Assembly: GCA_964358315.1 (NCBI GenBank)
Contig: CAYHOF010000001.1
Coordinates: 39,916-103,915, forward strand
Direction: 5' to 3'
Source: an uncultured Methanosarcinales archaeon
GTDB lineage: Archaea > Nanobdellota > Nanobdellia > Woesearchaeales > ARS49
Length of the DNA stretch: 64,000 nt
The position numbers were made by a program, and so were the translations under genes. Position 1 is the first letter of the stretch; each line of letters opens with the position of its first letter. The notes below the pieces were generated by a model, which was not told the DNA's origin, did no database searches, and saw nothing but the letters and a program-made list of their open reading frames with translations. This document shows positions 1 to 11,600 of the stretch, in pieces.

Positions 1-864
1 GAGCCCGAGCAACGCAGCGGCACCGAGGTCACGGTGAATGTCGTGGACGGCATCAGCGGCGCGCCCATCGACGCGGCGATCACGTTCGACTGCGGCGACG
101 AGAGCTGCCCGATCGGCGAGACCCAGAACGGCAAGATCGTCGCGCGCTTCCCGCGCTGCGCTGGCGGCGTCATCAACGCGATCGCTTCCGAGCGCTTCGG
201 CCATGCCGTGCCGCTCAACACGAACAACGAGGAAACGGCGAGCGTCACGGTCACGAGCGAACAGATCAAGGAGTTCGCGGCGGAATTCAAGCGCGTCCAG
301 TTCGTCAAGTCCGACGATGAATGGCGCCTCGACCCGGCGCCCACGTTCGCGCAAAAAGGCGACCAGTACGTCGTCATGCTCAACCGCGAAGGCGAGCCCG
401 ACGACCAGCCGTTCGCCGGCGCGGTGGAATACTGCAGCGGCGCCACACAGAACGATGGCGCGACCGCGCGCCTCGTGCCCGGCAACTACAGCATCAACGT
501 GCTCGTCCTCTACCACGAACCGCTCGTCTTCCCGCCGCAACGGCAGTGCGCAGACGACACGGGCCAGTATTGCTTCACGATCCCTGAAGAGCCGCTGCTC
601 TTCGGCAGGCCGGATGCGGACTGCACGTCGCCAGGCGCAGGCCAGCCAGGACCGTTCTTGAGCGGCGGCAGCGAGTACCGCTGGGAACTCACGCCACAGA
701 CATTCGCGTCAGGCAACACCGTCATCTTCAAGTCGCTCGTCGCCGCCATCGACAAGACGCCCGAGCAGGAGCGCGAACTCGAGGACATGGACATCGTGGC
801 CGACCTGCAGGACCGCTCCTCCGCGTACACCAAGATCCTCACGCCCGAGGTGGTGAACCGATGA
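1..864 (+). CDS. C-terminal part of an exported Cys-containing protein, paralog of 6755..8698 (5' end outside window)
   Basis: Frame open from base 1. ITFDCGDESCPIG..FPRCAGG, LVPGNYSINVLV, FLSGG and TVIFKSL align with FTLRCVTRDCALG..LPQACALP, LADGSASYDVTLL, QLTGG and SLVFHVL of 6755..8698. ATGA overlap with next gene. Confidence 0.75.
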   Translation, partial: EPEQRSGTEVTVNVVDGISGAPIDAAITFDCGDESCPIGETQNGKIVARFPRCAGGVINAIASERFGHAVPLNTNNEETASVTVTSEQIKEFAAEFKRVQFVKSDDEWRLDPAPTFAQKGDQYVVMLNREGEPDDQPFAGAVEYCSGATQNDGATARLVPGNYSINVLVLYHEPLVFPPQRQCADDTGQYCFTIPEEPLLFGRPDADCTSPGAGQPGPFLSGGSEYRWELTPQTFASGNTVIFKSLVAAIDKTPEQERELEDMDIVADLQDRSSAYTKILTPEVVNR

Positions 865-3800
865 GATGCCGCGAGATCGTCGCGCTCTGGATGGCCACCC
901 TCGTCGTCATGCTGCCGCTCGTGAGCGCGCAGGCCACGTTGCTCTCGGTGGACAAGTTCGAGGGTGACGACCACATCCGCGGGCTCGTCAAACAGTCAGA
1001 CACGCTCCACGTCGAAGTGCTCGCGTCCATCCCTGGCGACAGCAACGGCATCACGCGCGACCAACTCAGGATCACCGAAGGCACCAGGCAGACCATCGCG
1101 CAATCCTGCACGCAGGAGAGCGGCGAGGTCTACCGCTGCACGTACGAACAGTCGACGTTCGGCGGCGCCGGCGTCGTGCAGTTCCTCTTCACCCTCATCA
1201 AGGACGGGTTCTCGCCGACGGTGGCCAAGAGCGTCACCGAAGTGCTGAAAGTCGACGCGAGGGGCGCGGATGTGGTGGCGCTTGCGACAAGCAGCAACGT
1301 GCGCGGCAGCGGCGCGACCGTCGACTTCGTCGCGCAAGACACGCTGGACGGCCTGAGCACGTCGTCCTGCTCTGGCATCGAGCGCATCGAACTCTTCGAA
1401 GGCGACGCCACAGGATCCCCGATCGCCACAGTGACCGGCGCATCCTCGCCCACGCAATGCAGGCAGCAAGGCAGCTTCACCGACGTCACGTTCTCCGGCA
1501 GCGGCAGGCAACAGATCTGCGCCAAGGCATACGACACGTTGGGCAGGAACCTCGGGCCGCGCTGCGTCAGTGTCACCATCGACAACACCGCTCCCGACGT
1601 GTCGCGGCTCAACGTCACCGACAGCAACGGCGACGTGTACTTCTTCATCCCGGCGGGCGGCATCGTGGCCGACCTCATCGTCACGATCGTGGGCGACGAC
1701 ACGCGCGCCGACACCATACGCGGCGACCTGAGTTCTATCACCGGGCGCGCCACGGACAACAACGTGCCCCCCACCACCGTCTCGCAAGGCGCCATGAAAC
1801 TCGCCATCTGGCGCAACATCAACATCCGCTCGGCCGCGGGCTGCCAGATGACCGTGACTGCGCGCGACAGCGCCGGCAACGTCGTCACGCAGTCGCTCTC
1901 GTGCAACGTGCAGGACGACACGAGCGCGCCACGGCAACAGACGCTCACGAGCAGGATCCTCAACGGAAGCGGCGTGCCCATCATCGGCGTGGAGGGCACC
2001 GTCGTCGCCACCATCCAGGAAAGCGGTTCGGGACTCTCGAAACGCCGCGCCTACCTCGACGCATCGCAGCTGGGCCTGAGTAGTGCGCTCCAAGCATCCA
2101 ACTGCAGCGCGGTGGGCAGCGCGTGGACGTGCAGGTGGAACGTGCGGCCCACGCGCGCAGGCATCGTGCGCCTCAGCCTCAACCCTCTGACCACTGACGA
2201 CGTCGGCAACGCCATCGACCGATCATCGCTCACGCCCGTCATCTTCATCAGCGACCTCCAGCCGCCCACGGACCTGCGGATCATCAACGTCACCGTGCTG
2301 CACGGCGGCACGGACTTCGGCCAGTACCCGATCAAGGACGACATCGTCGAATACCGCATCAACGGTTCCTACTACACCAACGGGAGTGCGGACTTCAGCG
2401 CGCTCGGCGGCTCCAACGCCACGCCCTGCACGAGCCGTTCAGGCGCGGTGTGCGTGTTCTCGACACCCATCACGACCAGCGGCCCGATCAACGCCACCTC
2501 GACATTCACGTTCACCGACTCCGCAGGCAACAACGCCACCATCCAGCACGGCCTCTTCGTGTACGGCATCCGCAACGAGACCAGCCCCAACTACTGGACG
2601 AATTCCGTCACGTGCTCGCCCTCGCTCGTGGACCGTTCTGTCACCAGACTCATCAACGTGCGCCTCTACTGCCACATCGCGCTCAAGACAAGCACGCCTG
2701 ACGCGAGCACCGCCACCATCGCGTTCGACCCGCGCACGTGCACAGGCGACATCGGCGCCATCTCCGACCTTGGCCTCAGCAACAACTATGTGGGATCGAC
2801 CGAACCCGTCCTGTACACGCTCCTGCAAGCGCGCGACTTCAACATGACGTCGCTCGACTACACCTGCCCGCTGCGCATCACGACACGCGTGGGCGACTTC
2901 ATCAGCATCAACCACGAGGTCGAGAACGCATCCGTGCACATCGGCTTCTACTCACGACCGCAAGCAGACCTCAGCAAGAGCGTCCTTGCCAAGTTCGACA
3001 AGGCCAAGAAAGACGCGCTCAAGCTCGACACGCTCATCGGCTCCCTCAAGAAACTCTTCGAGGTCTTCGAAAAGATCTGCACCATCAGGGCAGCCATCGT
3101 CGACGCGCTCGCGGCCATGGACTCGGTCATGGCGAGCGTGGACTACGTCAAGAGCGGGCTTGAGTTGCAGAAAGCAGGCACTGAGCTCGAACTCAACGCG
3201 TGTGCACCATACTGCCCGACGCTCAATCTTTTGGTCAACGCGCAGAACGAGATTATCCGCGCTGCAGGACTCCAAAAATTTTTCGCGGGATTGAAAGTTC
3301 CGGATCCCCCCGGAATTATCGGGAAGCTACAAGTCATGCGACAGCAATTCGCGTCCCTTGACCCGCGTGCCAAAGCGCTGGACACGTCAGTGCAGACGAC
3401 GCAGCAGAACGCAGTCGTTGCGCAGAAGGCCGCCATGTTCCAGTGTGTCGCGACGCTGGCAGTCATCCAGGCGAGTCCGGCGGGTCTGACTGGTCTTGAC
3501 AAGGAATGTGTTGCAGCGATAGCGAAGATGAACAGGCTTATCGACGCGTCCGCCAAGCTCGAGGAATCCCGTCAGAAGATCTGCGGCTTCAAGGAAGGCA
3601 AGTTGCAAGAGGCGTTCACCAAGAGTATCGACAAGTTCGCAAAGCCCTTCTGCTCGTTCGTCAACTGCGACTCAGGACCATTGGATTCGGCCAACGGTCT
3701 CTTCGAGAAGACGTTCTCCGTCCTTGGCGGCGGGTTGCTCGACGTCAACGGATTCCTCACCAAGTCCACAGGCCTCAATCCGGGCATCAACAAGAAGGAG

Positions 3801-4331
3801 AGCCTGGTGTGGAGCGTCGCGTCGTTGTGTCTGCCCGGCATCATCAACAACATCGATAAGTACCGGCAGGTCAACTGCAACTACGCGCTGTGCATAGGAA
3901 AAGATGTCGTCGAGCGCGGCCTGCCCATCTCGCAGTGCGAGAAGAAGCGCGAGGCGCAGATGTGCGCGTTCGTGTGGGGCGAAGTCTTCAACGCCGTGCC
4001 CTTCGTCCACACGCTCGATGGTTGGGTCAACACGGTCAAGGAACTCGTGACCAACCCGCTCGCGGCCATGGCGTTCCTGCTGGGCCAGTACTGCAAGTCG
4101 TTCTGTGGCAAGGACCTATCGAAAATTTCTTCCACGCAATACAAGATCTGCGCGTTCCCCAAGACGCTCGATGCGCTTGCCAAAGTCATTAAGGACGTGC
4201 AAGGCATCATCCAGCCAAGCTTCTGGCAGTTCGGGCACGGCGCGTGCGACGACCTCAAAGCGCTCAAGCCCACGCCTAAGAAGGCAGGCACGGGCGCCGA
4301 AACAGGCGGCGCAGGGGTGAGGCCACAATGA
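861..4331 (+). CDS. Large secreted protein (1156 aa): Ig-like repeats plus Cys-rich helical C-terminal domain
   Basis: Signal peptide, repeated D-x-x-x-P / A-x-D-x-x-G-N Ig-like strands, C-terminal LCLPGIINNIDKYRQVNC segment, ATGA overlaps at both ends. Confidence 0.8.
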   Translation: MRCREIVALWMATLVVMLPLVSAQATLLSVDKFEGDDHIRGLVKQSDTLHVEVLASIPGDSNGITRDQLRITEGTRQTIAQSCTQESGEVYRCTYEQSTFGGAGVVQFLFTLIKDGFSPTVAKSVTEVLKVDARGADVVALATSSNVRGSGATVDFVAQDTLDGLSTSSCSGIERIELFEGDATGSPIATVTGASSPTQCRQQGSFTDVTFSGSGRQQICAKAYDTLGRNLGPRCVSVTIDNTAPDVSRLNVTDSNGDVYFFIPAGGIVADLIVTIVGDDTRADTIRGDLSSITGRATDNNVPPTTVSQGAMKLAIWRNINIRSAAGCQMTVTARDSAGNVVTQSLSCNVQDDTSAPRQQTLTSRILNGSGVPIIGVEGTVVATIQESGSGLSKRRAYLDASQLGLSSALQASNCSAVGSAWTCRWNVRPTRAGIVRLSLNPLTTDDVGNAIDRSSLTPVIFISDLQPPTDLRIINVTVLHGGTDFGQYPIKDDIVEYRINGSYYTNGSADFSALGGSNATPCTSRSGAVCVFSTPITTSGPINATSTFTFTDSAGNNATIQHGLFVYGIRNETSPNYWTNSVTCSPSLVDRSVTRLINVRLYCHIALKTSTPDASTATIAFDPRTCTGDIGAISDLGLSNNYVGSTEPVLYTLLQARDFNMTSLDYTCPLRITTRVGDFISINHEVENASVHIGFYSRPQADLSKSVLAKFDKAKKDALKLDTLIGSLKKLFEVFEKICTIRAAIVDALAAMDSVMASVDYVKSGLELQKAGTELELNACAPYCPTLNLLVNAQNEIIRAAGLQKFFAGLKVPDPPGIIGKLQVMRQQFASLDPRAKALDTSVQTTQQNAVVAQKAAMFQCVATLAVIQASPAGLTGLDKECVAAIAKMNRLIDASAKLEESRQKICGFKEGKLQEAFTKSIDKFAKPFCSFVNCDSGPLDSANGLFEKTFSVLGGGLLDVNGFLTKSTGLNPGINKKESLVWSVASLCLPGIINNIDKYRQVNCNYALCIGKDVVERGLPISQCEKKREAQMCAFVWGEVFNAVPFVHTLDGWVNTVKELVTNPLAAMAFLLGQYCKSFCGKDLSKISSTQYKICAFPKTLDALAKVIKDVQGIIQPSFWQFGHGACDDLKALKPTPKKAGTGAETGGAGVRPQ

Positions 4332-5899
4332 GAAGTCATGTCGTCACGCTCGTAATCATCGGCTTGCTCTTGATGCTGCCGATCGCGCTCGCAGAGGATC
4401 CGCCCATCATTCCCGTTCCCAAGCCCTCGGACATCGAAGCCATGTTGGCGAAGCAGTATGCCGACTCCTTCTATGACATCTACGTGATCAAGGCGGCAGG
4501 CCAGCAGCCAGAACTCGTTGCGAGCAATGTACGGCAAGGCCAGACTGCGACCACGGCCACCCCGGGGTATCAGTACTATGTCGTGGGGTACAATAGTGGT
4601 GATCGATCCAGCGCGGACCTCCTGTTCACGACAGAACCACAAGTGGCCACGGCCGCGACTTCTATGGCTGTGCAACAAGGATTCGTGTCGTTCGGTGGAG
4701 GGGAACCGTCGAATTTCGTGTCGGTGATCAACACGCCGAACTTCGCCGCAGGCACGCCCCGCACGCCCACCTCTCCGGTCGGAGGATCGGGTCCGATCGT
4801 CGCCCCTCCAGCCGGCGCGGCCGGTCCATCCGGTCCAAAAGTGGAGCCGTCGCCGTTCACGCTCGCACAGCTCGCCGAGCTTGCGGCGCAGGCCGCATCG
4901 CAGCCCGTGCCACAGTACGGCGTCTACACGAAGGACAAGGATGGCAATCCTGTGCTTTTTGCCAAGCTCGACGGGCCGCCTGACAAGAAGTATCTGGATG
5001 CGCATGACCTCAAGGCGGACGACGTCCTTCTCGGGCAGTACGAACTCGCTCCTGATGGCACGCTGACGTTCAAGGAAGGCCTCAAGATGCAGGTGGGCGC
5101 GGATGGCAAAGTCACGACGGCCGCGGATGCCACGTTGTCGGATGGCGACACTGCCGCGCTCGCGGAAGCATTGGCCAAAGGCCCGGCGCAGGACCCTGAT
5201 CGGCCAAAAGGTATCCTTTCGCCGCTCAACAAGGTCAACGAGTTCCTCAAGCAAGAATATCCTGGCCTTGCAGGCCTTGGCGGCTTGCTGCTTGGCGGCG
5301 CGCTCGATGACTGGAAGAAGACGGTCGACGACGCGTTCTGCAAGACCGTCGTTCTCGGCGGTCCGGAATGCCGCATCCAGGCCATCTGCGGCATCAGCCC
5401 CAAGAACGCGGGTGGCGATGGCGTGCTCGTGAGCCAGAAGTTCGACAACAGCACGCTCGAGATCCGCTTCATCGCGCACGTCGAAGGCGAGCGCTCGCCC
5501 GCGACGGTCACGCCTGACGGCGTCGCGCTGCACTTGTACAAGGTCACGTACGCCATCCGCAACCCGAACAGGCGCGAGCCCAACGCGTACCAGCTGCGCT
5601 TCTTCTATGAGGGCGGCAGTTTCGACTGGTTCCCCGACTTCCAGCCGTTCACGGGCGGCCAATACGTCAAGTTCATCGGCGACCAGGCCATCGTGGCGTA
5701 CAGCACGAAATTATACACGCGCGTCTGCCTCGTGTTCCGCGACACGGTCGAAGTCAACGGCGATCCCACAAGACAGGTGTGCAACGCGTTCGTCGAGTAC
5801 ACGGGCGGCGCGACCGCGCGCTACGGGCCCGGCACACCCACGACCGTGCAAGGCGGCGCCGCGGCAGGTCCTGCGAGGGCGCCTGGCACAGGGTTCTGA
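4328..5899 (+). CDS. Secreted hypothetical protein (523 aa) with Pro/Gly-rich linker
   Basis: Signal peptide ending ALA-E, translational coupling with upstream gene, beta-rich C-terminus. Confidence 0.75.
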   Translation: MRSHVVTLVIIGLLLMLPIALAEDPPIIPVPKPSDIEAMLAKQYADSFYDIYVIKAAGQQPELVASNVRQGQTATTATPGYQYYVVGYNSGDRSSADLLFTTEPQVATAATSMAVQQGFVSFGGGEPSNFVSVINTPNFAAGTPRTPTSPVGGSGPIVAPPAGAAGPSGPKVEPSPFTLAQLAELAAQAASQPVPQYGVYTKDKDGNPVLFAKLDGPPDKKYLDAHDLKADDVLLGQYELAPDGTLTFKEGLKMQVGADGKVTTAADATLSDGDTAALAEALAKGPAQDPDRPKGILSPLNKVNEFLKQEYPGLAGLGGLLLGGALDDWKKTVDDAFCKTVVLGGPECRIQAICGISPKNAGGDGVLVSQKFDNSTLEIRFIAHVEGERSPATVTPDGVALHLYKVTYAIRNPNRREPNAYQLRFFYEGGSFDWFPDFQPFTGGQYVKFIGDQAIVAYSTKLYTRVCLVFRDTVEVNGDPTRQVCNAFVEYTGGATARYGPGTPTTVQGGAAAGPARAPGTGF

Positions 5900-5900
5900 C

Positions 5901-6671
5901 ATGACGGCCTTCGACGAGTTCTTGCGCAGCTTCAAGGCCCTTGACTCGCGCTTCTTCATCACGTGGTTCATCGACGCGCTGTTCTACCTGAGCGTGGCGG
6001 TCATCATCGCGCTGTCGTACATCTTTTTCGGCTCGGTCTCGCAGGACCTCCTTGCGTTGCAGGACGCGGTGCCAAGCGAGGCGCTCGTGCCGCAGATCTA
6101 CGCACAACTGTACTCGATCCTGGGCGCGCTGCTCGTCATGATCGTCGCGGCGTACGTCGCGTACGTCATCTTCCAGGCAGCGCTGTGGAGCGTGGTGTTG
6201 CGGCAGCGCATCAGTGCCAGGTTCATGCTCCGCTACGCGCTCTACCTGCTCGTGTGCATGCCCATCATCATCGTGGCCTTCACGCTCGTCGTGCTCGTGT
6301 TCGGCGCGCTCTTCACGCTCTTCAACAGGTACCCGGGCGCGTTCAGCATAGGCGGAGGGTTCGTCCTGTCATGGCTCGCGTACGCCCTCCTCTTGCCGTT
6401 CTCCATCTTCCCCACGTATGCGTACTTCAAGGAAAAATCGGTGTGGAAAGGCGTCGGACGCATGACTTACCTGCTGCTTGGCACCGTGCCACGACTCTGG
6501 AAGCGCTACGCGCTCGCAGGCCTCGTGCTGCTCCTCGTCACGCAGGTCTACCGGCTGCTCAGCGGCCTCGATGCTTCGCTTGGCGGCTTCTTGCTGCTCA
6601 TCCTGATCCTCTCGCCCGTGCTTGCGTGGTTCAGGTTCTACATGGTCGGCGCGCTCGAAACCGCTCGCTAA
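5901..6671 (+). CDS. Polytopic membrane protein (about 6 TM), paralog of 16285..17085
   Basis: ATG at 5901 directly after upstream stop at 5899. Multiple hydrophobic segments. ORF-track start at 5607 is an overlap extension. Confidence 0.8.
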   Translation: MTAFDEFLRSFKALDSRFFITWFIDALFYLSVAVIIALSYIFFGSVSQDLLALQDAVPSEALVPQIYAQLYSILGALLVMIVAAYVAYVIFQAALWSVVLRQRISARFMLRYALYLLVCMPIIIVAFTLVVLVFGALFTLFNRYPGAFSIGGGFVLSWLAYALLLPFSIFPTYAYFKEKSVWKGVGRMTYLLLGTVPRLWKRYALAGLVLLLVTQVYRLLSGLDASLGGFLLLILILSPVLAWFRFYMVGALETAR

Positions 6672-6723
6672 GGATGCAGGCCACTCTTCCGTCGTATGAC
6701 TTTTAAGTCCCGCGCCCATAACA

Positions 6724-6731
6724 TTTAAATA
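6724..6731 (+). promoter_or_regulatory. Archaeal TATA box (TTTAAATA) for the second surface module
   Basis: AT-rich box in GC-rich context, 24 nt before ATG 6755, consistent with a leaderless transcript. Confidence 0.65.
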
Positions 6732-6754
6732 CATTCACGGGCTTGGTTTTCTCA

Positions 6755-8698
6755 ATGGGGAAAAGAGGGGTAGGGCGCAGGGCCCAGTTGACAGTCCTGA
6801 TCATGATAGGGCTTTTGCTCGTGGTAGTGACGAGCTTGGCCCTCTACGTCTACTATAACGTTGGGGAGCGGCCGCTCTTGCCGCTCGTCCCTCCTGAAGT
6901 GCGGCCTGTGTACGACCTCATGACTGGCTGTGTGCGTGTCGTCGGCGAGCCTGCCGTGCGTCGCATGGCAGCACAAGGCGGCTATCTCGAGATCCCGCCT
7001 GCCATCGACAAGAACCCTACCAGTTATGTAGCGTTGGATGATGGCGGACAGCTCAAGGTCCCGCTGTGGTTCTACGACGGCGAGGTGCGCGTGCCGCCCG
7101 TCGACTTCATGCAGCGCCAGCTCGAGAACGAGATCACGCAGCGCATGGGTGATTGCATCGGTGACTTCTCCGCGCTCGGCCCGCAATTCAACGTCCAGCC
7201 AGAAGGCAACCTGCGCGTGAACGTCACGCTGGGCAAGGACAGCGTCATCGTGCGCGTCAACTACCCGCTCTCGTGGCAATCCGCAGGCAAGGAAGTCAAG
7301 TATGAGGACTTCATCGCGTTCCTGCCAGTCAAACTGCTCGAGATGTGGTCGCTCGCGAACGCCACGCTGATGGCGGAGAACGAAGGAACCTTCATCGAGA
7401 ACGCCACCATCGACCTCATGGCGATCGACAAGGAAGTGCCGCTGGATGGCATGAGCATCGACTGCAGCCAGCAGCGCTGGCGCCTTCCCGAAATCAAGAC
7501 GCACTTGCAGGACGTGCTCAAGATCAACCTCGCCACGATCCGCTTCAAGAACACCGACCACGTGCCCTTCGAGCAGCCTGCCGCGGTCTACGAACGCCTG
7601 CGCACGTACACCATGGAAGACATCAACGCAGGCCGCACGCCACCCAACGTGCCTGACGACGCGTACGAATACTTGCGCCTGTACTGGGACGTGAGGCGTC
7701 CGGCGCCAGACCTGCGTGCCGCGCTCACGTACGAGCCGCGCTGGGGCATGGCGCTCACCGCGAATCCCAACGACAACGGCATCCTCGAGAGCAAGGTCGC
7801 CAAAGGCGGCGGGGGCTACCTCGACCTCATCTGCGTCAACAGCTACCACTTCACCTATGACATGATCTATCCTGTCCTCATGACGGTGCGCGACGACAGC
7901 GCGTTCGACGACACTGGCGTCGTGTTCCACATGGCCATGCCTGTCCAGATCAAGACCAACGCGCCGAATCGCGTCACGTACGGCACGAGCAGCTTCCGCG
8001 GCTTCTCGTTCGGCACGGAATTCTGCGAAGACCTCGGCGACAGACTTGTCGACCTCCGCGCGCAAGGCGTGCTTGCCGACGACCGCATCGCAAGCGACCT
8101 GGACGGCGTCAACTTCACGCTGCGCTGCGTCACGCGCGACTGCGCACTCGGCGCGTCCATCGCTGACCAAGGGATCTATCGCCTCCGCACCCTGCTGCCG
8201 CAAGCATGCGCGCTGCCCACCATCGTCGCCAGCCGCAGCGGTTTCATCGACAGCGTGGGCCAGCTTGAAGGCGACGCGCTCACGCTCGACATGCGCGCGC
8301 TGCGCAACGTCAAGATCTCCGTCGTGAAGCACCCCTACGACACCGTGGGCAAGACGCTGGGCGCGCCCTTGCCGCTTGGCAGCAGCGACAACGTCAGCAT
8401 CCGCATCAGCATCCAGAACAGCAGCTTCGACCAGTTCCTCCTCTACCCGGTCAATGATACCATCCAGCTCGCGGACGGCAGCGCATCCTATGACGTCACG
8501 CTGCTCCTCTCGCAATTCGGCCAGCTCACCGGCGGGTTCTCGCAGGAGGGCATCACGCTCGACAGCACGGGCGGCTCGCTCGTCTTCCACGTGCTCGAAG
8601 GACGGCCGATAGCGAACACCGACGACTACCGCAACGCAGTCGGCGCCGCGCTCTACGGCGAACAATACCAGACACAACTCGCACCAGAGGCGCCATGA
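6755..8698 (+). CDS. Class III (type IV pilin-like) signal peptide protein, 647 aa
   Basis: MGKRGVGRRAQ|LTVLIMIGLLLVVV: basic leader, RAQ cleavage motif and hydrophobic stretch. Also MAAQGGY and paired Cys motifs. Confidence 0.8.
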   Translation: MGKRGVGRRAQLTVLIMIGLLLVVVTSLALYVYYNVGERPLLPLVPPEVRPVYDLMTGCVRVVGEPAVRRMAAQGGYLEIPPAIDKNPTSYVALDDGGQLKVPLWFYDGEVRVPPVDFMQRQLENEITQRMGDCIGDFSALGPQFNVQPEGNLRVNVTLGKDSVIVRVNYPLSWQSAGKEVKYEDFIAFLPVKLLEMWSLANATLMAENEGTFIENATIDLMAIDKEVPLDGMSIDCSQQRWRLPEIKTHLQDVLKINLATIRFKNTDHVPFEQPAAVYERLRTYTMEDINAGRTPPNVPDDAYEYLRLYWDVRRPAPDLRAALTYEPRWGMALTANPNDNGILESKVAKGGGGYLDLICVNSYHFTYDMIYPVLMTVRDDSAFDDTGVVFHMAMPVQIKTNAPNRVTYGTSSFRGFSFGTEFCEDLGDRLVDLRAQGVLADDRIASDLDGVNFTLRCVTRDCALGASIADQGIYRLRTLLPQACALPTIVASRSGFIDSVGQLEGDALTLDMRALRNVKISVVKHPYDTVGKTLGAPLPLGSSDNVSIRISIQNSSFDQFLLYPVNDTIQLADGSASYDVTLLLSQFGQLTGGFSQEGITLDSTGGSLVFHVLEGRPIANTDDYRNAVGAALYGEQYQTQLAPEAP

Positions 8699-11600
8699 GA
8701 CGCCTGCTACTCGTTGTGTTATTAGTGCTGTGTGCGACCGGCGTGAGCGCACTCACCATCAGCCATGATCCCAATCCTGTCGCCGAGGTCGGCAACGACT
8801 ACTTCGTCGTCGAATGGACGACAGACGTGGCGGCGATCAGCAACATCGGCTACGGCACCACCACGCCGCCACAACAGCAACGCCAGACCAACACGCTCGT
8901 CACCACGCACCGGCTGCGCGTGGACGCGCTCGCGCCAGGCACGGAGTACTTCTTCCAGATCCTCGCGGTCGCGCAAGGCCAGAGTAAGATCGACAACAAC
9001 AACGGCCAGTATTATCGCGTCATCACCGGCGCAGGCGCGGACACAGCACCGCCCCTCATCACCAACGTGACGATCACCAAGCCTGATGACGTGAGCGCCA
9101 TCGTGCGCTGGACCACCAACGAGCCCGCAAGCACGCTCGCGTGGTACGGCATCGGCGCGACCACCACTGCCGCGCAAGGCCAAGGCCCGAGCACCACGCA
9201 CGAGGTCCGCCTGCAGACGCAACGCAACCAGCTTTACCAAGTCATCGTGGGCAGCTGCGACCGCTTCCGCAACTGCGCGAACTCGACAAGCGTCGGCTTC
9301 TATTCGGGCGTGGGCGCGCTGCCGCTCAACGTCAGCATCCCTGCCGCCACAAAGACAGGACGCGTCGACATCAGGGGCACAACAGTTGTCGGCGCGCAGG
9401 TGCGCGTCATCGTCAACGACAACCCCGCACGTGCGCTCATCGTGGGCGCGGACGGCTCCTTCCTCTTCAGCGACGTCGACATGCCCACGCCGACCACGGC
9501 CGTCATCGTCACTGCCCGCGACGCGAGCGGCACGACGCAACAACAACAGTTCAGCGTGGTCGCCGACAGCGTGCCCCCGATCTTCACGCTCGCGCAACCA
9601 ATCCCTGATTATACGGCAGACCCCATCCTCACGCTCAGCGGCACCGTCAACGAGCCAGTCACGATCACGTTCGGCATCGTGCAACAAGGTGCGGCGCCGC
9701 CGCGCGTCAGCGGCCTGCGCGCGTCACGCATCACACAAAACACCGTCGAGCTCGAATGGACGCTCATACGCGACGTCACGCACTACGCGGTCTACCGCAA
9801 CGCGGTGCGCGTCGGCGTCGTGAGCGCGCCCCGCTTTTCGGACTCCGTCAGCTCCGGCGTGCAGTACAAGTACAAAGTCACCGCCATCGGCGCGACATGC
9901 CAAGAAGGCCCCGGCGCCGAGACCGACGTCACCACGGCATCCGGCGGCCTGCTCGTCAACCAGACACCGACAGAAACCCCGCTCGTGTGCGGCCCCGAGC
10001 GCCAAAGCATCACCGCGACCGGACCGTTCAACATCCCCATACGCCTCCAGGAAGGCCAGAACCGCGTCGTGATCGAGGCCACCGACCGTGCGGGCAACGT
10101 CGTGCGCATCGTCAACATCACGACCGTCGACACCAAGCCCCCGCAGATCCTCGAGCACAACCTCAACCAGCTCAGCCCCACGTACACGTCGAGCGTCGAA
10201 GTCAAGGGCAGGCTCAACAAGCAAGGCACCGTGCTCATCACGGTCAATAAGGACAAGCCCATCGTGGTGCTCACCGACCGCAACGGCTCGTTCAGCAAGG
10301 AGATCTCGTTGTCGCGCGACCCCACCCTCAAGACAACGAAAAGCCCGATTTCGGTCAGCGGCGAGACCGCGGAAGGATGGATCAACCAGGTCACACTCGA
10401 GGCATCGGACGCGGCCGGACGCAAAGTGTCGGTCGGCCCGCTCCCGATCATCTACTCGTTGTGCGGCTTCGGCTCGACGTTCTCCATCGAGCTCGGCAAG
10501 CCGTTGCCTGACGTTCTCACGCCGCGCCTGATCCTGCAAGGCGTTCAGCAGGCGGGCTTCTCGCTCAACGCGTCCTATCGCGGCGGCAGGCAGCTCTCGC
10601 GGCCAGGCACGGTCACGATCCGCAAGCTCACGCTCAGCGCGACCGAACTCAAGAAGTACGACCACGACTGGATCAACCTCGCCTTCCTCAACAACCCGCG
10701 CAAGCCCACAGAAGGGTTCGTGCAGCTCACGTTCGTCCCGCAACAGACGAACCGCGGCACGCGCAACGTCTCGCTGAGCAAGCTCGAAGAGGGCCTCAGC
10801 GACCATCGAAAGGGCGAGTGCAAAGTGCCGGGCTTCGGCTGCGTGCGCATGCTGCTCGAGATCGAGGTGCGCGCGCAGGAGAAGATCCCCAAGGTCTTCG
10901 GCGACACGCGCATCCAGCGCACGGCAGAGGACTTCATCCTCAACGACGTGAGCCAGCGCACGTGCGTGGACGTCGAACTCCAGATCGACAAGGCACTGCT
11001 GTTACAAAAGCACATCCCCAAGAAATTCCTCGAGGCGAGCGTGAGCTTCCTTGACAGCACGATCGAGGCGATCGACACCGTGGTCGAGCCCATGATCACG
11101 ATCGGCACGTACACCACGTACGGCTGCATGGCCATGAACGCCGTGCTCTACGGCATGTTCTTCAGCGAACGCCTCACGTGCGACTTCGCCAGCATCGAAG
11201 CCAAAGGCCCTGTGGCCGCGGCGTTCGAGGCCGTGATCGGCAAGGGCAACGCGATCCACGACGTCGCCGAAGTCGGCCTGTGCGAGAGCGCGTTCAAGCC
11301 CACAGGAACGACCGGCCCCACGACGACCATTCCTTCAAGCCCCACGCCCGATGCGGCGGCAGACACGCAGAAAGCGTACCTGGCATGCAAGAAATGCCAG
11401 GAGACCATCGCGCGCCGCAAGGCGCTCGAAGCCAAGATGCGCGTCGTGTGCGACCGTGTCGCCTGCCCCAGCGCTCCCACGTTGCAGACCTACATCCGTG
11501 ACAACCAGAAGAACAACCCGCTCAAGCAAGTCGTGCTGCCAGGCCTTGCGCAAGTGCAGAAGCCCATCAACAACGTGCAAGGACTCATCTATCGTGGCAA

